Positions 1-10,235 are shown, numbered from the stretch's first letter. The stretch is DNA of 22,883 nt from an uncultured Lentisphaeria bacterium (GCA_951812855.1 CATOSW010000002.1:1-22883); one strand, 5' to 3'. Translations and numbers: made by a program. Notes: a model not told the origin generated them from the sequence alone.

Positions 1-2
1 TA

Positions 3-73
3 GCACGCATAGTTTAACGGTAAAATGGTTGACTTCCAATCAGCGGTTGTGGGTTCAATTCCCACTGTGTGTA
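3..73 (+). tRNA. trnG: tRNA-Gly (anticodon UCC)
   Basis: Acceptor gcacgca/tgtgtgt (two G:U pairs). Anticodon stem gttga/tcagc, loop cttccaa. T-arm gtggg-ttcaatt-cccac. 71 nt. Confidence 0.9.
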
Positions 74-93
74 ACAAGTAATTTAATCCTTCA

Positions 94-164
94 TGTAGAG
101 TAGACTAATGGTTGGTCACTAGACTCATGATCTAGGTATGTAGGTTCGATTCCTACCTCTGCTT
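94..164 (+). tRNA. tRNA with CAU anticodon (Met initiator, Met elongator or Ile-lysidine; not resolved)
   Basis: Anticodon stem ctaga/tctag, loop ctcatga. T-arm gtagg-ttcgatt-cctac. Acceptor tgtagag/ctctgct with a 1:72 T:T mismatch, which is an initiator-like trait. Confidence 0.85.
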
Positions 165-170
165 TAACCC

Positions 171-195
171 CACTCCTGTAATAATTTTAGGAGTG
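171..195 (+). other. Stem-loop in the trnM-nad2 spacer
   Basis: cactcct (171-177) pairs with aggagtg (189-195). 7 bp stem, 11-nt loop. Second copy at 20431..20455. Confidence 0.5.
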
Positions 196-218
196 TTGAG
201 TTTAAAGACAATAAAGAA

Positions 219-1616
219 ATGTATGAAGCTTTTTATCCAGAATTATTTCTAAGTCTAGCAGTGTTGGTCCTGGTTATCTATGGAGTTTATCAGCCAACAT
301 TAAAAACAGCAATAATAATTTTGTTGGTTACAGGATTAATGGCCCTCCCTAACGAACAGTTTTTATTTTGAGAAGATAAGACGCTTGATCTAACAAACGG
401 GCTTTTGACAATTAATAGTTGAATATCTATTACAAAATTAATTATTATAGTAGGGTCTATTTCTATATTATTAATGTTGAAAGACACCAAAATTTCGGGA
501 CAAGCATCATTTGATTCCCCCGTTTTAATTTTAATTGTAACATTGGGATCTGTGCTTTTAGTTTCATCAATTAATTGACTTTCTGTTTATTTGGCCATTG
601 AATTACAAACTTTATCCTTATTTGTTTTAACCGCATTAAAAAGAGATAGTGCATACGGCGCTGAAGCCGGGCTTAAATATTTTGTCTTAGGGGCGTTATC
701 ATCCGGCCTATTTTTATTTGGATGTGCTTTACTTTATGGTTTAACCGGTGAAACAAGCGTACATGCTGGTGGACAAATATGTGCTCTTACATCAAATGGT
801 GAGGTAGGAAAAATTCTTATAACAATTTCGTTATTATTTAAACTATCTGCTGCGCCATTCCATATGTGAGCCCCCGATGTATATGAGGGAGCACCAACAA
901 CAACAACCGCACTATTGGCTATAGTGCCAAAAGTTAGTGTGTTTGCTATTTTAGTTCAAATAGGACCAGTAGTTAATGTATTATTAGCAAGTGCAATACT
1001 ATCTATGATATATGGAGCTATAGGGGCCTTAAATCAAACTAAAATTAAACGACTATTAGCATATAGTGGTATTGGTCACATGGGGTTTGTTCTTTTTGGT
1101 GTAACAATTGGTTCATTTGAAAGTATTCAAGCAAGCTTAATATATATGATTATATATGTTATAATGTCTATATGTAGTTTTTCAATAATACTAACATTAG
1201 GATTATCTAAAAACTTAATAGTGGAGTTTAGCGGCCTTTCTAGGAGACATCCTGTTATGGCAGTAACCCTAGCTTTTACTTTTCTGTCTACAGCCGGAAT
1301 CCCACCTTTAGCAGGGTTTTTTAGTAAGTGGTTAGTGTTATTATGTGGAATATCCTCTCAATATTATTTAACTTCAATCATAGCCGTGCTTTGCTCCGTT
1401 ATAGCGGGGGTATATTATGTAAGAATAGTAAAAATAATTTACTTTCAAGCAGAATCTTCTCTTTTAATTTGAAAAGATGTACTTACAGGAGATAAAAGAG
1501 GAGAATTCAGAAGATCAATATTAATCGGATTATCACTATATATAATACTATTCATAATGATATCTCCAAACCTGTTATTACAAATAGCACATGATGCTAC
1601 GATGGGGCTATATTAA
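219..1616 (+). CDS. nad2: NADH dehydrogenase subunit 2
   Basis: ATG at 219, TAA at 1614-1616. Frame 3 joins ORFs 591..869 and 915..1472 through in-frame TGA (Trp). Hydrophobic ND2-type sequence (LAIELQTLSLFVL, LLAYSGIGHMGF). 465 aa. Confidence 0.93.
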
Positions 1617-1631
1617 TAATCTGTAAGGATA

Positions 1632-1678
1632 GTGTTGTTATAAAAATATTAACCCGCCGCAGTGGCGGGTAACAACAC
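1632..1678 (+). other. Two-tier GC-rich stem-loop in the nad2-nad5 spacer
   Basis: Outer stem gtgttgtt (1632-1639) pairs with aacaacac (1671-1678). Inner stem acccgcc (1652-1658) pairs with ggcgggt (1664-1670), loop gcagt. A 12-nt one-sided internal loop sits at 1640-1651. Second copy at 21892..21938. Confidence 0.75.
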
Positions 1679-1717
1679 GCCTTTGTATCAATAAAATTTT
1701 TGGTGAGAGAAAAAGAG

Positions 1718-3619
1718 ATGTATCTATTAGTATTATTTATACCATTATTAAGTGCTGCAATATCTGGTTTATTCGGAAGAAAAATTGGTGAAAAAGGTGC
1801 AGGTATTTTTACTTCAAGTAGTATAGTAATATCTTGAGTGTTATCAATGTTAATATTTTATGAAACAAATATTAATGCCTCTTCCACATATATAAAATTA
1901 TGAAGATGATTCGATTCAGATTTATTAACTATTTATTTTGGCCTACAATTTGACGCCTTAACAGGCATAATGCTAGTTGTTGTTACTAGTGTTTCAGCCT
2001 TAGTTCATATTTATTCAACTGGCTACATGTCAGGAGATCCACATATACCCAGATTTATGTCATATTTATCCTTATTTACTTTTTTTATGATTGTTTTAGT
2101 AACAAGTGATAATTATGTTCAATTATTTATAGGTTGAGAAGGTGTTGGTTTATGTTCTTATTTATTAATAAATTTTTGACTTACAAGAATCCAAGCTAAT
2201 AAAGCAGCTATAAAAGCCATGTTGGTAAACAGAGTCGGAGATATTGGATTAGTTTTGGGTATGTTTGCTATATTTAAAGAATTCGGAAGCTTAGAATTTT
2301 CAACAGTATTTAGTACGGTGAATGAAGTATCTCAACCTAATAGCATAGCTTTAATATGTATATTATTACTTATTGGGGCAGTGGGTAAATCTGCTCAACT
2401 AGGTCTACATACTTGACTTCCAGATGCTATGGAAGGTCCAACGCCTGTGTCGGCATTAATTCATGCTGCCACAATGGTTACAGCCGGGGTTTTTCTAATA
2501 ATACGGTCTGGGCCTCTTTTCGAGGGTTCTCCTTTAGCATTAACTGTTACAACAGTTGTAGGAGCCTTAACAGCCTTTTTTGCTGCCACGGTTGGATTAG
2601 TACAAAATGACTTAAAGAAAGTTATTGCTTATTCTACGTGTAGTCAGTTAGGGTACATGGTAATGGTTTGCGGGGTATCCAACTATTCAACTAGTTTATT
2701 CCATTTAATGAACCATGCTTTTTTTAAGGCTCTATTATTCTTAAGCGCAGGCTCTGTAATTCATGCATTAGCGGATGAACAAGACATGAGAAAAATGGGA
2801 GGTCTAATTAGATCTATACCCTTTACGTATGTAATGATACTTATAGGGTCTCTATCTTTAATGGGATTCCCGTATTTAACAGGATTTTACTCTAAAGATT
2901 TAATTTTAGAGCTAGTTTATGATAAATATTATCTAATTTTTGCTTACTGATTGGGGGCCTTTTCAGCTTTATTAACTGCATTTTATTCAATAAGATTAAT
3001 ATATTTAACTTTTATTTCTAATACTAACTCTAAAAAAGAAGTTTTAATGAATGTTCATGAATCTTCTTGAAATATTACACTTCCCCTATTTTTATTAGCT
3101 TTAGGAAGCATTTTTGTGGGGTATATAGCCAGAGAGGTTGTGGTAGGAACAGTATTACCTCCTATAATACCAAGTTCAATAAAACTTGTTCCTGTTGTTT
3201 TAAGTTTATTAGGAGCTACTTTAGCCTTTTTAAGCTATAATACATTAAGCGGCTTTAAAATGTTCCTTCCTAAAATAAAACCACAAACGGTGGTAAACTT
3301 GTTTAATCCTGCAATATACACTTTTTTAAATTCAGCCTGACAATTTAATTATATAATTAATCATTTCTTGGTTGCAAAAGCATGAAAATTCGGGCATTTA
3401 ATTTCTTATCGTGTAATAGATAGAGGCTTACTTGAAATAATTGGCCCTAGGGGGATATCTAAATTAATTATAGGTGTTAGCCAAAAAATTAGTAATCTTC
3501 AATCTGGTCTAGTCTTTAATTATGCCTTAATTATGTTAGTGTTTACAACCCTATTTATATCAGGAAGCGGAGTAGGTGGCTTCGCATCACAACAATGGGC
3601 ATACATTATGTTTAGCTAA
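1718..3619 (+). CDS. nad5: NADH dehydrogenase subunit 5
   Basis: ATG at 1718, TAA at 3617-3619. Frame 2 joins ORFs 2219, 2429 and 3116 through TGA=Trp. ND5 motifs present ([35 protein letters not shown]). 633 aa. Confidence 0.95.
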
Positions 3620-3623
3620 AAGG

Positions 3624-3646
3624 GGGGTACAACTGTACTCTACCCC
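3624..3646 (+). other. Stem-loop 5 nt after the nad5 stop
   Basis: ggggta (3624-3629) pairs with tacccc (3641-3646). 11-nt loop. Confidence 0.55.
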
Positions 3647-3650
3647 ATAA

Positions 3651-3723
3651 GGGAGTGTGGTGTAAACGGTGAACACGGCTGGTTTAGGCCCAGTTAATGC
3701 AGGTTCAAGTCCTGCCAACCCCA
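3651..3723 (+). tRNA. trnL: tRNA-Leu (anticodon UAG)
   Basis: D-stem gtgt/acac. Anticodon stem gctgg/ccagt, loop tttaggc. T-arm gcagg-ttcaagt-cctgc. Acceptor gggagtg/caacccc has two adjacent mismatches (4:69 and 5:68). Short variable region. Confidence 0.75.
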
Positions 3724-3724
3724 A

Positions 3725-4894
3725 ATGACAAGGGCTTTTAGAAAAGAAAATCCTGTCCTATCCATAGTCAATGAAACATTTATAGATGTACCTTCGCCCT
3801 CAAATATAAGTTATTTATGAAATTTTGGATCAACGTTAGGTATTTGCTTGATTATACAAATAGTAACAGGAATATTTTTAGCAATGCATTATTGCCCTGA
3901 AACAGATCTAGCTTTTGCCTCTGTTGCACACATTATGCGAGATGTAAATTATGGGTTTGTATTAAAAGCTATACACGCTAACGGAGCCTCTATATTCTTT
4001 TTATGCGCATATATGCACATAGGGAGAGGACTATACTACGGAAGTTATAGCAGAGAAATGGTGTGAAATATCGGAATAGTAATATTTTTATTAATGATGG
4101 CCACAGCCTTTATTGGTTATGTATTGCCTTGGGGTCAAATGTCTTTTTGAGCTGCTACGGTAATAACTAATTTCTTATCAGCTATTCCATATGTAGGGAA
4201 TGATATAGTTGAATGAGTTTGAGGTGGCTATAGTGTGTCTAATGCTACATTAAACCGATTTTACAGTCTTCATTATTTATTACCTTTTATATTAGCTGCA
4301 TTAGCCTTAATACATATATTTCTTTTACACGAAGAGGGTTCTAATAATCCAATAGGGGTAAGGGGTGATATCGATGTAATACCTTTTCATCCTTATTATA
4401 CTTTTAAGGACTTATATGGTTGAATATTAATGGTTATATTGTTAACAGTTCTTGTGTTCTTCGCACCAAATTTATTAGGAGACGCAGAAAACTTTAAACA
4501 AGCCAATCCTTTAGTAACCCCTGTCCACATACGACCAGAGTGGTATTTTTTATTTGCCTATGCAATATTACGTTCTATACCTAATAAGCTGGGTGGTGTA
4601 TTAGCCTTGTTCGCAAGTATTTTAATTCTTTTCCTTTTACCTGTACTACATAAAAGTCTTCTTAGAGGATTAACTTTTAGACCACTTGGAAAATTATTCT
4701 TTTGAATATTTGTGGCCAACTTTTTAGTACTAACTTGAATAGGTGGTGAACCTGTTGAAGACCCGTATGTTTTAATAGGACAAATATCTTCAATAATATA
4801 TTTTGCCTACTTTTTAATAATTACTCCACTAGTGGGATACCTGGAAAATAAGCTGTTATTCCAGCGAACTACTGGTGGGGTAGTTGCACATTAG
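3725..4894 (+). CDS. cob: Apocytochrome b
   Basis: ATG at 3725, TAG at 4892-4894. Frame 2 joins ORFs 3848, 4235 and 4430 via TGA=Trp. Motifs [36 protein letters not shown]. 389 aa. Confidence 0.96.
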
Positions 4895-4896
4895 TA

Positions 4897-4918
4897 TTTA
4901 TATTAGCACCAATATAAA
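4897..4918 (+). other. AT-rich stem-loop 3 nt after the cob stop, at the convergence of the two transcription blocks
   Basis: tttatatt (4897-4904) pairs with aatataaa (4911-4918). Loop agcacc. Confidence 0.5.
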
Positions 4919-4947
4919 GATGTCAGAGTGTCTAGAAAATTAATTAC

Positions 4948-5019
4948 AGGTGTAAAGAGGAGTTGAACCTCTGAATATAGCATATGAGGCTATTGTTTTA
5001 CCCACTAAACTATTACACC
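4948..5019 (-). tRNA. tRNA with CAU anticodon (Met or Ile-lysidine; not resolved)
   Basis: Reverse complement: acceptor ggtgtaa/ttacacc, D-stem gttt/aaac, anticodon stem atagc/gctat, loop ctcatat, T-arm agagg-ttcaact-cctct. Confidence 0.88.
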
Positions 5020-5020
5020 T

Positions 5021-5094
5021 TGGAGTGCACAGGACTTGAACCTGTAACCTTCGATGTGCAAAACCGACACTCTTCACCATTGAGCTAGCACCCC
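5021..5094 (-). tRNA. trnA: tRNA-Ala (anticodon UGC)
   Basis: Reverse complement: acceptor ggggtgc/gcactcc including the G3:U70 alanine identity pair, anticodon loop tttgcac, T-arm acagg-ttcaagt-cctgt. Confidence 0.93.
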
Positions 5095-5115
5095 AAGCAA
5101 GAGCCATACTAATAA

Positions 5116-5415
5116 TTAGCCCCTAAGTAAGTTTAGAGATTTTACAGCAATTGTGCCCCTAATCCTGTAGTAGGCTACTAGTATGGCCAGACCTATAGAC
5201 GTTTCCGCTGCAGCGACAGTTAAAATAATTATAGTAAAAATTTGTCCTATTAAATTATCAATTACCACCGAATTGATTAAAAATAAAAAAGAAATTGCCA
5301 ATAACATCAACTCTATGGACATCAACATGATTATAAGGTTACTTCTATTAAGTACTATACCTAGAACCCCTAAAATAAATAATATGGTCCCTACTGTAAA
5401 ATATTCATAATACAT
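5116..5415 (-). CDS. nad4L: NADH dehydrogenase subunit 4L
   Basis: Supplied ORF, 99 aa, ATG to TAA. ND4L-type sequence (LMLLAISFLF, ILTVAAAETSIGLAILV). Confidence 0.93.
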   Translation of the reverse strand: MYYEYFTVGTILFILGVLGIVLNRSNLIIMLMSIELMLLAISFLFLINSVVIDNLIGQIFTIIILTVAAAETSIGLAILVAYYRIRGTIAVKSLNLLRG

Positions 5416-5452
5416 TTAGTTTTTTCGAGGTATGATTAATAACCTACCCCCT

Positions 5453-5523
5453 AATGTCCGAAGGGAATCGAACCCCTATCCTCTGTTCCGAAGACAGTAA
5501 TTTTACCTTTAAACTACGAACAC
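5453..5523 (-). tRNA. trnR: tRNA-Arg (anticodon UCG)
   Basis: Reverse complement: acceptor gtgttcg/cggacat, D-stem gttt/aaat, anticodon loop cttcgga (stem 4 bp plus an A:A pair), T-arm agggg-ttcgatt-ccctt. Confidence 0.85.
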
Positions 5524-5524
5524 T

Positions 5525-5542
5525 ATTAGCGGGCCCGCTAAT
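5525..5542 (-). other. Perfect 18-bp GC-cored palindrome between the nad3 stop and trnR
   Basis: attagcgggcccgctaat is its own reverse complement. It lies 15 nt downstream of the nad3 TAA on the minus strand. Confidence 0.8.
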
Positions 5543-5556
5543 TAGACCCTTAGTGG

Positions 5557-5913
5557 TTATTCTCATTCTAGCCCACCCTTCATCCACTCGTATATTAAGC
5601 CTAAAGTTAATATGAATAAAAATATTATCATAGTTCAATAACCAAATAAAGAAATTTGGTTATAAACAACACTTCAGGGGAAAAGGAATGATATTTCGAG
5701 GTCAAAAATTAAAAATAAAATACCAATTAAGAAAAATCTTACAGAAAATGGGATTCGAGATGATTCGAATGGGTCAAAGCCGCATTCATAAACAGATACT
5801 TTTTCAATATCCGGTTGTTTAACTCCTAAAATATAAGAGGCGCCGGAGATAGCAACAGATATGACTATGCTAAGGCACAACGCTATGAAAATACCATAAA
5901 ATTCCGCGCTCAT
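5557..5913 (-). CDS. nad3: NADH dehydrogenase subunit 3
   Basis: ATG at 5913-5911. The supplied ORF stops at a TGA (5676-5674). Reading it as Trp extends the frame to TAA (5559-5557) and recovers the conserved C-terminus ...[15 protein letters not shown]. 118 aa. Confidence 0.93.
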
Positions 5914-5972
5914 TTGGTTTTCTTAATCAGAGGGGGTATTGTGGCTATAAACCACTATAGCGTTTAGTGCGA

Positions 5973-6566
5973 TTATTGCCATAATGATCGACTTGTTTGT
6001 GTGAAAAGATCTTGTCTTTTTAACTCTGCTCCTAACTCATGAGTTAAAACTATAGCTCCTATCATTGCTACTAATAATATAAAGCTTGCTATGATAAATA
6101 AATAATAATAATCTGTGTATAAAATTCGCCCTAAGACTTCTATATTTGAGGATTTTATTATTTCTATAGAGGCATCTCATGCGTCAACTCCTCCTTTTAA
6201 GCATTCGTGATCTATGTCTCGATAATTATATGCAGTGGCTTCTCTTCCCATAATTAAAACTTCAAATAATAAAAGAACTCCTATTCCAGAGCCAATTGGA
6301 ATATAATTTGACATATCCCCGCCCCCCTCAAGGTCAGTAAGATTTAGCATCATAATTACAAACAAAAATAATATCGCAATTGCTCCCACATAAACGATTA
6401 AAAATATTAATGCTATAAAGTCAATACCTAATAAAATAAATAGGGCTGAAGCGCCCAAAAATACTACTATTAACCAAAACACTGAATGTATTGGATTAAG
6501 TGCTGAGATTACCATTATCCCAGATATTATAACACCTAATGCAAATATATAAAATAACCCTTCCAC
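5973..6566 (-). CDS. nad6: NADH dehydrogenase subunit 6 (GTG start inferred)
   Basis: The frame of ORF 6177..6689 continues through TGA=Trp to TAA (5975-5973). The ORF's upstream part overlaps trnE and trnH. The first plausible start is GTG at 6566-6564, 2 nt after the trnE 3' end. 197 aa. Confidence 0.85.
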
Positions 6567-6568
6567 TG

Positions 6569-6640
6569 TACTCCCAAGGAGAATTGAACCCCTGTTTTTT
6601 AGTTGAAAACCAAATGTCCTGACCACTAGACGATGGGAGC
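6569..6640 (-). tRNA. trnE: tRNA-Glu (anticodon UUC)
   Basis: Reverse complement: acceptor gctccca/tgggagt, D-arm gtc-tagtggtcag-gac, anticodon stem tttgg/ctaaa, loop ttttcaa, T-arm agggg-ttcaatt-ctcct. Confidence 0.9.
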
Positions 6641-6641
6641 G

Positions 6642-6715
6642 GGTGAAAGAAGAGACTTGAACTCTCGGTCTTAGGTCCCACAAACCCACGCTTTACCGAC
6701 TAAGCTACTTCCACC
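6642..6715 (-). tRNA. trnH: tRNA-His (anticodon GUG) with a genomically encoded G-1
   Basis: Reverse complement: acceptor gtggaag/ctttcac, anticodon stem tgggt/accta, loop ttgtggg, T-arm gagag-ttcaagt-ctctt. The base 5' of the acceptor is G (complement of c6715), opposite discriminator C. Confidence 0.9.
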
Positions 6716-6728
6716 GGTCTACCACACT

Positions 6729-8204
6729 TTATCATGTGTGGCTTTCTTGGAATATAATAGTACCTTTTACTGTGTCTATTATGGCAGAAGGATATATTCC
6801 CATTAAAATTGTTAATGCCACTAATGGCAGCAGAGTATAAAATTCTCGTCTATTTACATCTCTAGAAAAGATAATGTAATTAGATGAATTACCAAAACAC
6901 ACCCTATTATATAAATAAAGAGAATATGCTGCACCTAAAACCATACCTAGAGAGGCTAATACACCAACTATAATACTATATTCAAATGCGGCTAATAACG
7001 ATAAAAACTCTCCCACAAAATTACAACTTAAAGGTACTGCTATATTAGCTAAAGTCATTAACAACATTATTGTGGCAAAAATTGGCATTGTAATTGTCAT
7101 ACCACGATAGTATTTAATAAGACGAGTATGATGCCGTTCGTATAAAAGAGTTACAATTATAAATAATGAAGAACTTACAAGACCGTGAGCTAACATTAAA
7201 AAAATTGCTGCAACTAGCCCTTGAATTGTGTGTGTAAATATCCCTAAAGTAACTAAGCCCATATGGGCAACTGAGGAATAAGCAATTAGCCTTTTAAAGT
7301 CTACTTGTCTGCAAGTTGTTAAACTTCCATAAATCACAGCAAGCAAGCTTAATGTTAATATTAAAGGGGCAAAGTATTCTGAAGCCTCAGGTAATATTGG
7401 TCAGGAAAATCTTATAAAACCATATCCCCCTATTTTTAATAAAACTCCAGCTAACATTACTGAACCAGCACATGGAGCTTCAACATGAGCTTGAGGTAGT
7501 CAAATATGAAATGGGATCTTAGGTATTTTAATAGCTAAACTTACAAAAAAGCCCATAAACACTCATTTTTGGGTTTCGCCATTAAGTCGAAGTCCACACA
7601 ATGTTTGATAATCTGTCGTCCCTGTATTACTATATAAGACAAATATTCCTAATAACATAAACACAGAACCGATTAAAGTGTAAAAGAAGAAATAATATGA
7701 GGCTAAGACTTTTTCTTCTCTTGCCCCTCATATGCCTATGATTAAAAACATTGGTATTAGTATTCCCTCAAATAATATGTAAAATAATAATAAATCTAAT
7801 GCAGTAAAAACACCCATTAATAAAATTTCTAAAAATATTAAACATAATAAAAACTCTTTAAGAAGGAATTTTATAGAGTTTCAGCTGATTAATATACATA
7901 TTGGAATTAATAGTGCTGTTAAAATTATAAAAAATATAGATATACCATCAACTGCAAAAACAACCATTCCACTAGATCATAGATCAGTTGTGCTACTTAT
8001 CCATTCTATTATTTGAGTTGCTTGAAATTGGCCCTCGCCGTCAAATGAGATTCATAATATTATTGTAGCAGTTAATGTGGCTAAAGTTCACTGTAAAGCT
8101 GCAAGCTTTAATTTAATACTATTTTCTCTTGGTATAAACATCACGTGTAACGCCCCGATTAAGAGCAATGTAAATATTAATCCTAACATCTTTTTATCTC
8201 TCAT
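6729..8204 (-). CDS. nad4: NADH dehydrogenase subunit 4
   Basis: ATG at 8204-8202, with an in-frame stop just upstream at 8210-8208. I checked the frame codon by codon from 7320 to 8204 and found only TGA. The ORF end TGA at 6734-6732 is Trp, followed by TAA (6731-6729). 491 aa. Confidence 0.94.
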
Positions 8205-8234
8205 AGCTTAAAATGTGTCCTACTTAATAAAATT

Positions 8235-8307
8235 TCAGGGAAATGGGACTTGAACCCATAACCTTCTACTCCCAAAGCAGATAATCCACCAATTAATCTA
8301 TTCCCTG
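8235..8307 (-). tRNA. trnP: tRNA-Pro (anticodon UGG)
   Basis: Reverse complement: acceptor cagggaa/ttccctg, anticodon stem tctgc/gtaga, loop tttggga, T-arm atggg-ttcaagt-cccat. Confidence 0.9.
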
Positions 8308-8314
8308 ATGTAAA

Positions 8315-8400
8315 CGACGAGAATGGGATTTGAACCCATGGACCTATAAGATGGTCACAGTTTAGCAAACTGTCGCTTTACCTGACTCAGCCATCTCATC
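8315..8400 (-). tRNA. trnS: tRNA-Ser (anticodon GCU) with a long variable arm
   Basis: Reverse complement: acceptor gatgaga/tctcgtc, anticodon stem acagt/actgt, loop ttgctaa, 17-nt variable arm (gacc...ggtc), T-arm atggg-ttcaaat-cccat. 86 nt. Confidence 0.9.
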
Positions 8401-8406
8401 TAACAA

Positions 8407-8424
8407 GGAGGCTCATTGAGCTCC
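8407..8424 (-). other. Stem-loop downstream of atp9
   Basis: ggag-g-ctc / gag-ctcc (7 bp with one bulged G, loop att). It lies 42 nt after the atp9 TAA on the minus strand. Confidence 0.45.
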
Positions 8425-8465
8425 TAAATTACAAAAGATATTAAGCATTCTTTATTACCTAGAAG

Positions 8466-8729
<264 letters not shown>

Positions 8730-8755
8730 TTAGTTAATTCGATCATAAATTTTCT

Positions 8756-8828
8756 AGCCTTTAGTAGGAATTGAACCCACACTATTTTACTTACAAGGTA
8801 AATGCTCTACCAATTGAGCTATAAAGGC
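8756..8828 (-). tRNA. trnT: tRNA-Thr (anticodon UGU), copy 1
   Basis: Reverse complement: acceptor gccttta/taaaggc, D-arm gctc-aattggta-gagc, anticodon stem tttac/gtaaa, loop cttgtaa, T-arm gtggg-ttcaatt-cctac. Confidence 0.92.
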
Positions 8829-10105
<1,277 letters not shown>

Positions 10106-10149
10106 TTGGTAATATTGGAATTGAACCAATACAATTAACCCCGTTACCA
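10106..10149 (-). ncRNA. Truncated tRNA-like element (T-arm plus acceptor helix only) abutting the rns 5' end
   Basis: Reverse complement: tggtaac-ggggttaattgt-attgg-ttcaatt-ccaat-attacca-a. The T-arm is perfect and the acceptor helix has 6 bp, but there are no D or anticodon arms. An alternative 5' strand ggcaata (to 10166) would overlap trnF by 4 nt. Too short for a cloverleaf in the 57 nt available. Confidence 0.45.
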
Positions 10150-10162
10150 TAAAATTCACTAT

Positions 10163-10235
10163 TGCCCAGGATTGGACTCGAACCAACAATCTAAACATTT
10201 TCAGTGTTACGCTCAACCAATTAAGCTGCCTGTGC
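10163..10235 (-). tRNA. trnF: tRNA-Phe (anticodon GAA)
   Basis: Reverse complement: acceptor gcacagg/cctgggc (one A:G mismatch), D-arm gctt-aattggtt-gagc, anticodon loop ctgaaaa, T-arm gttgg-ttcgagt-ccaat. Confidence 0.85.

Larger units (their letters stand above)
1..2623. repeat. Copy A of an exact 2,623-bp terminal duplication (= 20261..22883); read as wrap-around of a 20,260-bp circular molecule
   Basis: Base-by-base reading and identical ORF translations at an offset of exactly 20,260 (e.g. 591..869 = 20851..21129). The copy runs to the window end, inside nad5. Confidence 0.9.

Noticed and set aside
290-490. 66-aa minus-strand ORF (repeated at 20550..20750)
   Set aside because: It is antisense to nad2, has a low-complexity AT-driven composition, and lies in the plus-only transcription block.
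2413-2610. 65-aa plus-strand ORF in an alternative frame (repeated at 22673..22870)
   Set aside because: It lies wholly inside nad5 in another frame. It is Cys/Ser/Asn-rich nonsense, whereas the nad5 frame is strongly conserved.
1-2623. The 2.6-kb exact direct repeat at both window ends as a biological segmental duplication or long terminal repeat
   Set aside because: The second copy is cut only by the window edge. The period equals a plausible full genome length, and the unique part is already a complete gene set. Circular wrap-around is the simpler explanation.
5183-5410. 75-aa plus-strand ORF
   Set aside because: Antisense to nad4L.
5444-5638. 64-aa minus-strand ORF
   Set aside because: It spans trnR(UCG), the spacer and the out-of-frame 3' end of nad3. 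It has no recognisable protein features.
5638-5663. A 10-bp inverted repeat (ataaccaaat/atttggttat) that looked like a terminator hairpin after the nad3 ORF
   Set aside because: The stop at 5674-5676 is TGA=Trp. nad3 continues to 5557 and recovers its conserved C-terminus, so the repeat lies inside coding sequence.
6496-6689. The N-terminal 40 codons of the 170-aa ORF (MGLWDLRPRVQ...) and the overlapping 61-aa ORF as a long nad6 leader or a separate gene
   Set aside because: This stretch is the reverse complement of well-formed trnE and trnH. The readable frame through them is incidental.
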